Of a stretch of DNA of 64,000 nucleotides, positions 39,111 to 53,100 are shown one piece after another. This DNA comes from Chrysomallon squamiferum (Eukaryota > Animalia > Mollusca), in the NCBI GenBank assembly GCA_012295275.1, contig CM022670.1, forward strand, positions 42,036,001-42,100,000, written 5' to 3'. Below the pieces are notes generated by a model, which was not told the origin of the DNA, did no database searches, and worked only from the letters and a program-made list of their open reading frames with translations. The position numbers and the translations under genes were made by a program. The number at the start of each line of letters is the position of its first letter. Within the stretch, counting starts at the first letter, position 1.

Positions 39111-42100
39111 TTAATGTTCCAGAGCTTTCTGTATCTGCTCATAACATTCCAGAGCAATCTGTGCCTCAGCCTTGGCCTTGTCTGAAGAAGCAGATGACAA
39201 TTCTTGTTGTGCTTTTGTGATTCCATCTCTCACAGCCTGCAAAACAGTTAATTACTTCTCATTAACATAACATTATAAACTGAACACAAACTGGATTTTC
39301 CACAATTATTTTCCCCCTAATCACTGACATTTAGCCATTTTGATTGTGAATTTGAGGCATTTTTTAAATTTAAAACAATAAGTAATGTGTAAAATTATTA
39401 AAAAAATACTTTCAATGATCTACTTGTACACTTCATATCACTCATTTATATCACCCAAATATTTTCAACTATATACTTTTGTTGTTAAACTTAAGCATTA
39501 AGACTGTACAGAAAAACAAAACAAAAAACAACCATGCAGTATTTGTATACATACATACATATATATATACGAATAGATGTGTGTGTGCAATATTTCTTAG
39601 CATCACTTTCTGGCATTTTAACATTAAATATGTTGAAACAAACAACTTTCATTTCAAACACAGACATCACAATATAGCTATATGAACAATAAAACAGAAT
39701 AACTGAATTGGCAAACTGATTCAAACAAGCACTGACAAATACTCTAAATGTTTTATTATATTTACACAATTTTCTAAGTGATTTACTGGATCTGTTTAAT
39801 TGGATTTCTATGCAAATCCTAGTAACTGTACAAGAATGAAATCTTACATGTGAGTCAAATCTGTCAAGAGGGTGAGCTTCTTCAGCTAAAACCTGAACTG
39901 ATGAGTCAGCATTTATTGTCACTGATCCACTGCTTACTGTAACAATTCAATATTTGTCTTAACACAAGATAACGTTATAGTTAAATAAAAACAACACCAA
40001 TATTTGTCTTAACATAAACAAGCTAATTTTATAGTTAAATAAAAAACAGATATTTGTCTTAATAACAAACATTAGTGATAAATTGTTTTAATAAAAACCA
40101 AAAACAAAGATGGTTATCTTAATAACAACTTTATAGAATAATAAAAACTGATAAAGAATGTTAATGAACATATAAAACGTTTAAAACAAACCAAAATAAT
40201 TTTTTTAATGACAAAAAACAAAACAAAGTAACTTGAATCATCAATATTTAAACAGAAACAATACCAAAATATTTCTTGGCAGTTCCATCTTCTTCAAAAA
40301 CTGTGACAACTCCTGGCTTCAAAACTGCTAGACTGGGAACATGATCTGGCAGAATACCAAAACTACCACTAAATGATGGAACATCAACCTGCTTTACTTT
40401 AGCACTGTTGTAGTAAACCTTAATAATAAATAAATAAATAAAATAGGCAATAAATCAGAATTCAAAACTGTAACAAAGGAAAAGGCATGATAATGGAATA
40501 AAACAAAAAGACAGTAACTGGTCCTAAGAGAATAAAATGACTGTCATTATTGGTGAAACCAAACTGTCTTGATGGCATAATTTCAGTTAAACCATCAATC
40601 TCACTACAAACTATATGCAATTACAGTAATTAACTGTCATACTAACTTTTCAACAAACAAGACATTTTTCAAAGAAAATCTTTTAAATTTCAATACACCA
40701 AAGGTAACTGAGAAATGAAAGTTTAAAACACTTTTAATTTAACATTAAAGACTGCACACAATTCTCTGATGCTGGTTTATCTGTTAAAATATACTGTACT
40801 TATTATCTGTGACTGAAAACACAATGAGCAGTTACTGGATGCTGTCATCACCTGTAATGTTTAATGATAAATTACGTGAAATCCTGCAGAGGTTATTTTA
40901 AAAATCATTATTGTGATCTACTCTGTTAATATTGTTTATTATATTTATAAAGATATTAATTACAGAACCAAGAATGTTATAACCAGCAAATTAATCAATA
41001 GCTATTTATGTTGTTGCCAATCTGCAAAACCAAAATTTGGATCTGGACTTTTCCTAAGGCCAATGAACTACTGTTTGTAACTGTTCAGGTTCAGTCGTGA
41101 ATCTCTAATTAAAATAATTCTACAACTGAGTTTTGTGACATTGAAGTTTGATTGTGGATGTGTGCAGACATTTCGGTTAAAGAGGACAACAGGCAGGATC
41201 CCACTGTATTAGTTTAAGGGGAGAGAAGTAATTCACCAGCATTTGTGAAAGGGATGGCGGGAATCGGCGGAACTGGTGCAAGTTAAACGAAGAGATGGTG
41301 CTGAAAATGTTCAGTGTACAAGTACTTTGAACAATCAAAAATACTCCTATAAATAATTGCATCAAATGCATTAACTAAACAAGTTTAGTTTATTTGCAAT
41401 TAAATAAATCAAAGTGTCTGTTACTGGCAAGTGTTTCCTGGTTGTTCTGTTAATTATATTCTTTACATGAATATATGCATACAAAATAACACAGACATAT
41501 TGTTTTGTAACCTTCTGTATGTATTATATACATGTTTGTGTGTGTGTGTGTGTGTGTGAAATGTGAGATAGTTTTCATTGCTCTGAAAGTAAAAATTCAC
41601 CAAGCAATATGATAATGAATTTGACGTTGAATTGGCGATGCGCTCTTAATAATAATAATAATTTTTATATTGTGCGTATCAAGAGCATATCTTTTTATGA
41701 AGGACGAAGACAATAGTTTAAAAAGTTGTTTATGTATCTAGGATAACATAGTTATACAGTTGTATGCTGTACAATTTGTAGCGATCATTGAAATTCATGT
41801 GCAATAATTTAGCCATGCAGTGCCTGCTACAGTAGCCTTCTTTACACAAGCATCTTGAGCTGCAGCAAATTTCTGAGGTATCGGATGGAAATCCCTTTGT
41901 AAATATGACAGTCATCAGTTTGGATTACTTCAGTTTTGTTTAGGGACAAAACCTGTGAACTGCTGACCCCAAAAGTGCAAAACAATGGCATGACAGCCAG
42001 TCTAAATAAATGGGTGGCAGATATTGCTGTTGTTGATGACAAATGGCGGGCGAACTCATAAGCTGTATATGATGGCAGGCCTGCCTTCTCTTACAGTATA

Positions 42101-42801
42101 TAGTGAGACCTCTGATTATTTAACCCTCTAATTAAAAAAATGCATGTAACAGCAAATTTTCAGGATTCTATTAATAATTAATATTTATGTAGTCATTATA
42201 AACAAAAAGAGCAATATAAGTATTAAGTAATAATTTTATATATGTTCTGCAGGATTTCAGTTTATTACCTTTACTGCATTAGTTACTGTGATGACATCTC
42301 AGAGGGTATCTGCCAGTTGTACCATCTAATTTTTTTCTAATTAATCAATATATTTTGCTACTTCCTAAATATTTAGAAATAATAAGAATAATAAAAAATA
42401 ATAATAATAATAATAAATAAATTTAAAAAAACAAGTATCATTTATACGACTCGAATAAAACTACAAAATAATATTGAAAAGGTTCAGCATCAAGACACTC
42501 CAGCTAATGACTTAAATTTTAAGTTAAAAACTTAAAAATGATATTAGCCTTACTTAGTTTACTACCCCTTATTACTATTGTAACTATATAATATAATATA
42601 ATATATATAAATATATAATATATTACTTATTAGCCGTAGGATGAGGTACGTTCATTTGATGAAACTTACCTCGGAAGGAGATGCAAATGTAAACGCCATA
42701 TCGGCATAATTTCTGTGAGAACTAATCTGACTTTGAGACAAACGAATGCATTGTCTCAGCATTCCACAGCCTCTAAAAACTGGACGATGAAGTAACGACA
42801 T
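39111..42801 (-). CDS. ATP5F1D: Mitochondrial ATP synthase F1 subunit delta, 4 exons, 166 aa
   Basis: Exons 42670-42801 (Arg-rich transit peptide, MAFTFASP), 40265-40418 (VKQVDVPSFSGSFGILPDHVP...KPGVVTV), 39848-39936 (VSSGSVTINADSSVQVLAEEA), 39111-39236 (KAEAQIALE...*). Confidence 0.96.
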
Positions 42802-43221
42802 GATGAACAATTCGCAAATCAGAAATGTCGACCTTCACAGTGAAGGGTGATAACTCTAGAGGTCGATTATTCTTAGATCTCAAACCACAATTATATAAAA
42901 GTTTTGTTACAGTATTTAGCACATATTGAAACATTCCTTTATTTATGTGTTTTGTTTTAGTTCTCTATAACAACAATATGTCCTTATAAAATAATAGATA
43001 ATAAATAATAATGAGAAGAATTATAATTTAAGAAAAATAAAAAGTATTTAAATATAAATAAAAAAGATGATAATAACAATAATAATTTAAAAAAAAAAAA
43101 AAAAACATTAAAAAACATGCAAGCATTACAAAATGAAAATAATATGATGACTTTCAAAATATTTTATATCCACCATTACAAAATCAGTTATAATAAGCAT
43201 TTACTTTATCTAACATATTTT

Positions 43222-43804
43222 GGTGCTACTTTGGCGTTTGATATACAACATAAATAAATATCTAGAAAATTTCTATAAGATAAAATGAAGACCTTAAAAT
43301 CCTTTTAGATTAATGCACAATACATATATAAGAACATCACATCCAGGCAAACTTCATTTTCGAATAGATATATGATTTGGTAATTCATTTGTATTCCACT
43401 CTGTGATTCAGAGAGAAGTTGCAAAATATTCGGTTATTCATTCTGACGAATAGGCAGCATACTCATTTAAATCATCTAAATTTCCAATAGTCAGGCAATT
43501 GAAAGAACCAGGTTAGATTTGAAAATTTGTATTTTGAAAAAGATTAGAGAAGTGAACCAAAGAACCTTCCAATCATACCTTGATTATTTCTATTGGCTAC
43601 AGATGAGGAAGAATGCTGAATATCTTTTTCTTGCATTTCTAGCAGATGTTCGCTCAGTTCATCAATAAAATTATTCAAATTTTTCACTTTTTGGCCTGTT
43701 CCTATAAATTATAAATATATAATTTTGTTTTTAAATTTGTGCCGTGAAAATTAATAATAAAAAACCAAGAATAACCAAAATAGATCACACACCAAAGTAG
43801 CACC
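43222..43804. mobile_element. Putative degenerate TIR element (about 580 bp) between ATP5F1D and UQCRH
   Basis: ggtgctactttgg at 43222-43234 is the exact reverse complement of ccaaagtagcacc at 43792-43804; the match extends inward to about 21 bp with 2 mismatches. Confidence 0.45.
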
Positions 43805-43825
43805 GATATTTCTTTCTCTAAATTA

Positions 43826-43856
<31 letters not shown>

Positions 43857-45094
43857 TTTATTTTTTGACATCCATCCAAAATAAAGTGTATATGTGGAAA
43901 AACAAAAATCATTTTATATATTTTTCAAAAAGAGAGTGTGAAATACAGCATACAGGATATCAACTATTTATGTTAGAAGTACATTAAAGTGTTCAGTGCA
44001 AAAGTCTAACATTCAGGAATGTGAACATCAGTTTGACTAAATTACAAAATATAGCTAATTTGTGATGTTGTTATCCAGTGTTTACTTTTTTTAGACCATG
44101 CTAGACTATTCATGCTTATAGTGGTGAACATTGCTTGAATGAAGAACAAGAAAAACCAATAATGATTGTAAAAAAAAAATTTTAAATTATTTTTATATTT
44201 TAACATTTGATTGGTATCATTATAGTTGTCATAAGAAACGTAAAAAAAATCTTGAAATTTAGTTATGTTCCTATGACAAATAGGAATTGTAAAATCACAG
44301 AAAAATGCTTCCATAGATTATATTCGTTTAAAAAATTAAAACATAAAAATTATTTTCTGCTATCCTTGATGTTAATAACACGTTACCGAGTCATTTTATC
44401 TCATGTGCATTTTATTTTAAAAAACTATAAGAAATTAATTTGAATGACAGGTTTGCATTAGCATTTATTTTTGATAAATATTTTCAGTTGTTTCTATTGA
44501 TTTCTTAAAACTATTTTTAAAGTTTGTAGGAAAGAAGTGTCTTTCAGATAAAAAAGAAGAATCACTCTGCTATACTGCATGAAATATTGTAATAGAATTA
44601 AGAAACTGTCACCACTTTAAATCATGATCAGTTACAGTTGCTGCACTCATTTGTAATTTTTTTGTATTTTGATTGTGCTGTTGTTTTTTTTGTTCGCAAT
44701 TATAATTTACCTTTTCATGTGAACAGATTAGATTTGTAAGCAACAGCTAATTAAAATGTAAAAGAAGGAAAAAACAAGCAAGACAAGAAGCTTGGTAATG
44801 ATTTAAAATGGATAACATTTGTCAGCAATAAGTACTGAAAATAGTAACAATAAAACAAGAACAAAGAAAACATGTTTCATATTTTTTTTTATTCCTATGA
44901 GTTTGTGTTTTAACTACAGCAAAGACCTGATTAATCTGTAACACACAGGTAGTAAACTTTAATTTGTCAAGGTAACACACAAGTAATTAACTTCATTTTG
45001 TCTGATTTGTGCAAATGTTATTTAATAAAAAGATTCAATTTTTGTTGATTTTCACAATGTATAAAATACTAATGCTATAGAGTGCCTCCTTTCT

Positions 45095-47188
45095 TTACTT
45101 CAGATGTTTAAACAAATCTTTAGAAACCTGCAAAATAAAGCATGTAATTAATAAACAGAAAAATAAAGTAACAGGTCATTTAAATAAAAATGTATGTAGC
45201 TATATATTTTACTCAGTTACAGTGACTCACAACACAGGACAGAATATTTAAATATGAATGGCTAATCATTACATTATTTTCTCATCTTTATATTTTAAAA
45301 TGATAATGCTCTCTGAAATTATGTATAATAATGAAAAAAACACACTATTAAAAAAAGGAATCCAATTGTATTCATTTGGATTTGAAATCGGCTGACCATT
45401 ATTTACATCTTTTTAACTAGTTAAATGTTAACTTTTAGCTGTTTGTGTTCAACAAATTTAATGAAAATACTTACAGATCTATTTTCATGAAGCAAAAATG
45501 TTAACATATGTATATTCTGAACTAGTTAAAATGCTGACACTTAAGCAGTTGTCTATTCTCAAATAGTTGAAATGGAGACACTTACAATCTATTCTCAACT
45601 AGTTAAAATGGAGACACAGTCTATTCTCAACTAGTTAAAACGGAGACACACAGTCTATGCTCAACTAGTTAAAATGGAGACACTTACACAGTCTATGCTC
45701 AACTAGTTAAAATGGAGACACTTACACAGTCTATTCTCAACTAGTTAAAATGGAGACACACAGTCTATGCTCAACTAGTTAAAATGGAGACACTTACACA
45801 GTCTGTTCTCAACTAGTTAAAATGGAGACACAGTCTATTCTCAACTAGTTAAAATGGAGACATTTACAGTCTATTCTCAACTAGTTAAAATGGAGACACA
45901 GTCTATGCTCAACTAGTTAAAATGAAGACACTTACAGTCTATTCTCAACTAGTTAAAATGGAGACTCACAGTCTATGCTCAACTAATTAAAATGAAGACA
46001 CTTAGTCTATTCTCAACTAGTTAAAATGGAGACTCACAGTCTATGCTCAACTAGTTAAAATGAAGACACTTACAGTCTATTCTCAACTAGTTAAAATGGA
46101 GACTCACAGTCTATGCTCAACTAGTTAAAATGGATACACTTACTTAGTCTATTCTCAGCTAGTTAAAATGCAGACACTTACGGAATCATCTATTCTCAAC
46201 TACAGTGATAACTTGACTTACAAAATTTTTGAGTAACAAGCAGCTGCCTGGTCAATGATTTGCTCTGAGTTGCGAGCCAAAACTCAAGTTACATGTGAGC
46301 TTCAGATACGCCGCCACTAACTGGCGCAATGAACAACACAACATCCCGCATGTCAATTGTTTACTTCATACGGTTAATTCACCACAGAAGCATCTCTGTT
46401 GTGTTGTGCTCGCCTTTTGTGCAGTTTTTTGACAAATTTCTTTTTTCTGGCCATGGATCCTAAGGAAGTGAGTGCAAAGGACAGTGCTGAGAAGAAGAAG
46501 CAGATGCTGTCTATTGAATTAAAGCTTGAATTCATAGAGAAACATGAGTGAGGTATGCACAAGCAAATTGAGATATGAATTAAACTTGTAAGTCAAGGTA
46601 CCACTGTAGTTAAAATGCAGACACTTACGCAATCATCTATTCTCAACTAGTTAAAATACAGACACTTACGGAGTTGTCTATTCTCAATTACTTAAAATGC
46701 AAACACTTACACAGTGGTCTATTATTTACTAGTTAAAATGCAGACACTTACACAGTGGTCTACACAGTGTACAAAGTCAAAGAGCTCTTCAGTGCAGGTC
46801 TCTGCTGTCTTCGAGCGACTATTCACACGATTGTTACACTCCTCCAAAGCTGCCTTATACTTCTCACAGTTACCAGCACATGACTCCTTCAGTGTGTCTT
46901 GTGGATCCTTTAAAAACAAAATAAAATATAAAAACAATATAGTAAAAAGGTATTTGCTGTAGTGAAAATAAATTTTGTAATTTTATTTATCAATACAGCA
47001 AAATTTTATTCAGGAAATATCTCTTTATACAAATAAATTTTTAAATACACAGCTAGTCAGCTAATTAGGTACTGATTATTATTTTGTTTATTCAATTTTT
47101 CTATACTATTTTAAATTCATATTTTACAAATGCAGAGACAATAGTATTTGTATTTACATGGGTGTAAAAAGTATTATTATTATTGTTA

Positions 47189-47234
<46 letters not shown>

Positions 47235-50207
47235 ACAGCATAGATGGAAATAGTAATCATGTTGCTATATTCTAGTCATTTAAAATGATTTTCTGAAAAT
47301 TTCTGGCTCAATTCAATCTGACCATGATGTTGGAAAATGTTATATACATTCAAACAGGTTAATGGTGACAGTGATCAATTCTTCTAAAACAGACACTAGT
47401 TTGTTGGACATTTTAATTGTCTATAATCTTTAAAGTAAGGAAAAAGAGGACAAAAATAAGTTAGGAGTATTTCCACATAATTTTGGACCAAAATATAAAA
47501 GATAACCCATTCATTCAAATGTCAAACCAATATATTGTACAGGGAAACAAAAATAACCCAGATGCAAAAAATTACTTACAATCTTTAATAGTAATACAAA
47601 TTCTGAACTGATCTTAGTTACAAAGACAGAAATTTCCCTAACTATACATTTTCAAAGCTAATTTATTACTGTTTACATTTATCCCAATTACAAGTCATTT
47701 TGAAAATAATTTTATCAGTGTTGACAAAAAGACATACAAGTTCTAAATATATCATTTTTTTTTAGTTTTACTGCTATTATTTTAATAATAATTGTCCAGT
47801 AAGCAAAACTTTACTTGCAATGGTGGCTAAGTTTTGTGCACTGAACTGGTGTGACTTCATGCATCATTACATAATACTTTGTTAACACAGTTCTAATATT
47901 TTCATGCATAGCAAAATGTACAATTGATTATTGTGAATGTAATAAATACCATCCATCAGACCAACACAAAATTCTGTGGATTTCATTTACATTATAACTG
48001 ATACAAATGCAATACATAAGCAGTTCTCAAATAAATTTTGTCTACTTTGAAAGCAATGAGATGTGCTTCTGGAGATTATAAAGTTTGCTTTTGCATAACA
48101 TTATTAATGCAAGAAAATATGATTTAATCAGCTTATAAATACATTTTTTTTTTAAAAACCATCATTATACTACAACAGTCTTCTGATGTTTGTTATCATC
48201 TTGTCAGTTAAATATCTAAATAAAATATGTCACTCATCACAGAACATCAGGGAACTACAATTAGGCTTTATCTTAAATTTTGGTTTTTTACCCCCAAAGA
48301 AAATCTGAATTAAAAATGTTAACAGTGTTTATGTAGATTCTTATCAATATTTTATTTCTTGTGCAATATTTTAAAGTGATACTAAAAGCTAGGATTAAAC
48401 TTTTTCTTAAAGTCTATTTTGTGACTCTTAAAATATTTTCTTATTCCTTCTGTTGTCACTATGTTTCTACCTTGTAAAATGAAAACCAAAACAATACTTA
48501 CAACCAACTCCTCTTCACTCTGAAAAAATATAAAATAAAAACAATCAAAAAACAATCATTTTAATTGTTAAGAATTAGAAAATGGTTTCCATTTTCATTT
48601 AGAAATGCATCATTCATAAAGAAATCTAAACAATGATGAATAAATTGTTATATTCAGTTATAAAGATTAAATAAAAACTAAAATGCAAAGAAATAGCTGG
48701 AATGAACCAGAAAAGTAACCATATGGGGAAAATGTATGACATTTGTTGTGTAAACAGAACAGATGCCAATAAGGGTGTCTGGAGGGTGTCTGGAAAAACA
48801 AGTCACAATTTAGTATAGGAAAAAAAAAATCACAAGAAAAGAAAGTCACAAAATGTATGGGTTTGTAGAGTATTGAATATGGCATCATAGTATGCATAGG
48901 GTAATTGTTAAGCATACTGATTATGCTAGATTAAAGAAAGAGGCTTCATATTGTGCAGGGGTGGTGACTTGTTGCACTGATTAGTTAAGCAAGATTAGGA
49001 TAGATTTAAAGTAAGGGCTTCCTACTGTAAATGATGCATACCAAACATGCAACTTGCAAAACAAAGTTGTAGTGGAAATGTGTCAAAAGATCTAGTTGTA
49101 ATTGGCAGAATTTCTTTGTGATATTGGATTGAACATCTGCCAAAACCACTAACATTAAAATCAAAGAACATTAACAAAAAAATATGACAAAATGTGTTTA
49201 ATCTATCTTTCATTTCTAATATATTTCTTAATCTTAATTAAAAAGTGTGGCATTTTTCCCTATGTTATTTTTTTCTGTGACTCTTGTCCCTAGAACTGAA
49301 CCCAGGTAACATGATCTTATTTACTGGTTGTAATATTTTTAGCAACTATTTAAAATTCAAAATTCACAACACTGCCTTTATAAAAATAAATAAATGAAAC
49401 AAAATACTAAAATATTAATGATTAATATAAACATGGTTTGACAACATATTTTTCAATTATGAAAACTGAAGCAAATTTACCAGATATTGCCTAATAACTA
49501 CAAAGAGGTGGATATTAACAATTAAAGCTGGTTTTTCAATTTTATGTAGAATCTATAAAGTATATTAACAATTTACTTTTGAATAGCATAGTTTTAAACT
49601 TAAAGGGGCACTTTCTGAAAAATGTGATGAAATTTTAAGTCAAGTTTTATAAAACTAATAAATAACAAAAGTTACAAATGCTTCTCACACGGTAGCTATA
49701 TAAACACTTTGCTTTAAGTGACTCTAATAACTGTATTCTTTGTATATGAATAAAAAATTTAACGATTTACTTCATTTAGCCTGGTTTAAATTTTCATTAA
49801 AATTGCTAGACAAGACGTAGAACGTCTTTAAGTTGAAACGTTCGAACAGTTCGTTAATGTGACAATGGAAAAAGGGTTTTACCGTTTTTATATGCTTATA
49901 TCTGCACTAGCAGTAAAACAAAAAATCGTAGAAAAAACAGAAAGCAAAACCTTCGCTAATTATGGGTAGATCGAAACTCAAAAACTGCAATAAATGCCAA
50001 TATTATCGAAATGACGAATGTCCAAGGTCACCTCCCATAATATTTCTAAATGCTTACAGCCTGGTTTAAACCATGACTGTGATAATATTACAGAAAAAAA
50101 AAAAATAATAATGTTTGTATTAATCTACAAATTAGCTCAATCTAATAAATCATATTTACATCGGAAGGTGGGTCTGAACTCAAAACAACTTCGTCACCCA
50201 ATGCCAT
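45095..50207 (-). CDS. UQCRH: Cytochrome b-c1 complex hinge subunit (Qcr6), 4 exons, 84 aa
   Basis: Exons 50160-50207 (MALGDEVVLSSDPPSD), 48502-48519 (SEEELV), 46752-46907 (DPQDTLKESC...CNNRVNSRSKTAETCTEELFDFVHCVDHC), 45095-45127 (VSKDLFKHLK*). Confidence 0.96.
45510..46765. repeat. 35-41 bp minisatellite duplicating the UQCRH exon 3 donor, interrupted by a Tigger-type element
   Basis: Unit cagtctattctcaactagttaaaatggagacactta; many copies read GTAAGTG on the gene strand. Confidence 0.94.
46203..46606 (+). mobile_element. Tigger/pogo-family non-autonomous DNA transposon (internal deletion derivative)
   Basis: TIRs CAGTGATAACTTGACTTACAAAATT and (reverse complement) CAGTGGTACCTTGACTTACAAGTTT; TA target duplication at 46201-46202 and 46607-46608; transposase N-terminal relic from 46453, MDPKEVSAKDSAEKKKQMLSIELKLEFIEKHE* (CENP-B/psq HTH type). 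Confidence 0.9.
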
Positions 50208-51037
50208 TTTGGAAAATCACGTACAGAAGACAAAAATCTAGTTGTACGAATCCGGATGTTACAATCGGTTGATGTTTTGTCTTCCTCCACTAACGGGAGC
50301 ACTCACAAAAGCTGTGTGTTTATTTCAGTAGTTCACTTGACAATCCCCTTTTCACTTTCTTTCATTTAAATTATAATTTCTGGACACAGTCGAATTCTAA
50401 CAGAACACAGTAACTTATAAGGTGGCGGTATTTATATTTTATTGCAAAATGGTGATGGTGATGGAAGGTTTCTAAGTCTGAAACTTAATATAAATCTAAA
50501 ATATACTAAACCTGTCGACATTTTGAAACGTTAAAATATTTCTCAAATAATAATAAATAATAAATAAAACAACAACAACAAACAGACAAACGTTATCAGC
50601 AAAACAGCAGGTCATTAAGCCTGTTAATATTATATCAGATGTTAAGCTTACTGATTAGGCTAAACAATATGTTGTTGCATATGGTAGTATTGGACAGAAT
50701 ATTAGGAGACTAAAATTGTTTTTAACTTGCTTCTTAGAAGGCGTATTGGATTTACAAGCCCTTACCTCAATACCTGTTATACAACAAGTTTTAAAATCAG
50801 CATTTTTTATTCACCGTTCTATAATCTATTAATAATAGTCCAACACCTCCAGAGGTTAATTCAATTTATTAGTCTCCACGCGACTTTTTAAATTTTGTAT
50901 TTAGGTCTATTTGGTATTTCGCTGAACTATTTTAATGTTAATAGTTTCTATTCATATAAATTTGTTACTTGGAAATTATAAGAAGATTGCGGACTGCCTC
51001 TCATTTTATTATTAAATTAGCAATAATAAGACTTATT

Positions 51038-51111
<74 letters not shown>

Positions 51112-51819
51112 TTTAAAGAGTGGAAAGAATGTAACTGAAGCAACTCAAGAGCAGACAACTTTGCCTTGACACCTTTTATTGTAATTTGTTTTTTTGGGAG
51201 GGGGAACGACTAATGTTACGAAACTGAAACTAAGAATCCAGAAAATTTTTGTTTTAGTATAATATGATGTATATTCAGAATGCGAAATTTGTTATTTTGT
51301 TAACCTTCACTGCTTTCAGGCTTCAGGTAAACGAGTTTTGTTTATTTCATTACGACATTAGTCGTTTTTACTATATAAACGTTGCAGGTTTTTTTTAAAA
51401 TTTTTATTTGTTTTTGTTTTATTACTCATTATGATTATTACTATTTCATTGTTTATTTGTTTTTAATTCGTTTATGCATTAAAGTAATGAGTTTTCCACG
51501 GGTACAGCGTACAACGTCCCAAATTATCATCTTTCGTTTGCACTGAAATTCCTTTAAGTTTAACAACAAATCGCATAATTATCAATTAATACCGCAAACT
51601 ACAGCAGCAACCGAAGACAATGACGCAAGAACTGTATTGTTATTGTTTTTATTTTGTACTTGTTGTTTTTGACTCCATCAGGTGCCGCAAACAATTTTAT
51701 AAATACGAGCAAATAATAAGAAAACTGTCAAATGTTCTAACAAAATACTGATTGTTTTGGGATTTTTAGCCTGTTTCTTGAAATATATTCATTTTACTAA
51801 TCATCAGTCTGAGAGTGTT

Positions 51820-51886
51820 GAAAAAAAAAATAATAATAATAAAAAAAAAAAAAAAAAAAAAAACAAATAATAAAATAAAATGAAAT

Positions 51887-51930
<44 letters not shown>

Positions 51931-52003
51931 AAAAAAAAAATAAATAAATAATAAAATAAAATGAAATAGCAAAAAAAATAAAAATAAAAAAATAAAATAA
52001 TAA
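51820..52003. repeat. Poly(A)/A-rich low-complexity tract with an internal duplication
   Basis: Seen directly; aataataaaataaaatgaaatagcaaaa occurs twice. Confidence 0.85.
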
Positions 52004-53100
52004 ATTTGTTGGATGAAGTCAAACCTTTCATCACGCAATTTACAAAATATTTGTTGATGTTCAGAAATAAGATTCGAAGATCAGCTTGACAAAACTTATA
52101 TTGTTATAATGTTATCTCATTCATGTAATTATAAAAATAGTTTCACTCTTATTGACAAAAAATAAAGAAAGAGATAAAATATTACATAATCAGTCTGTAA
52201 TACTCTTCAAGACAGAATAAGGTTCTGTTGTAAACATTAATAACTGAAAATTAAAATAAAATGCAGTAAATAAATCTACCACAAATAAGTAAAATGATTT
52301 TTTTACAGTTCTTTATAGTTCTTATTGTTTGTTAAACCCAACAGTGCTAATAATTTTTTTTTTTTAAATTGAAAGGTTTGTTGAAAAAACAAAACAAAAA
52401 ATAAATTAATTAATTAAAAAAAAAGAAAAAAAAAAAAGAACACAATCAAAAGTATGGAATCACCAAATAAGTGTTCAGAGAATGTTAAAATAAATAACAA
52501 AACAGATCTAATTTAAAATATAACTGGCTATAACTATCATGTAAACAAACTGCCTTCTGACCATTTTTCTAAAAACATTTGAATCTCAAACATTTTAGTC
52601 ATTATTCAAAGATGTTTTCAAAGTACATTAACTGATCAACTTTAAGAAATCATTTTTGAATATAATTATATGATCAAAATAATTAAAAATAAAAATGACT
52701 TTACTCTTTGCTTTTTTTGAAAATTCTGGCATTGCCTACTTTGAAAATTAAAAGCATTCATTTTGATTGCTTTAAAAACATGTCAGCACCAGTGAATTAA
52801 TTTTGCTTCAGTTTCTACACAAAGGCAGGAAGTAAGATAATTTAATTTATATTCAATAACTGTTTTGAATGTCCATTCATATTTTTTTGGTTCATTAATG
52901 TTCAGAATTGTTTACATGATGATAAAACTGTCTGAGAAATGTGCAGTGTGGTGATTGCTTATTTTGTGATTTGTTAATTTGTCTGTTAGCTCCGCAGTAG
53001 ATGCTGAGGATTGTGTATATCTGTAGATTATTTATAAAACTAAACAAGTAATGTAATTTTCCTATATCTTCAGTTTGGATATATCTGTGAAGATCTGAAC

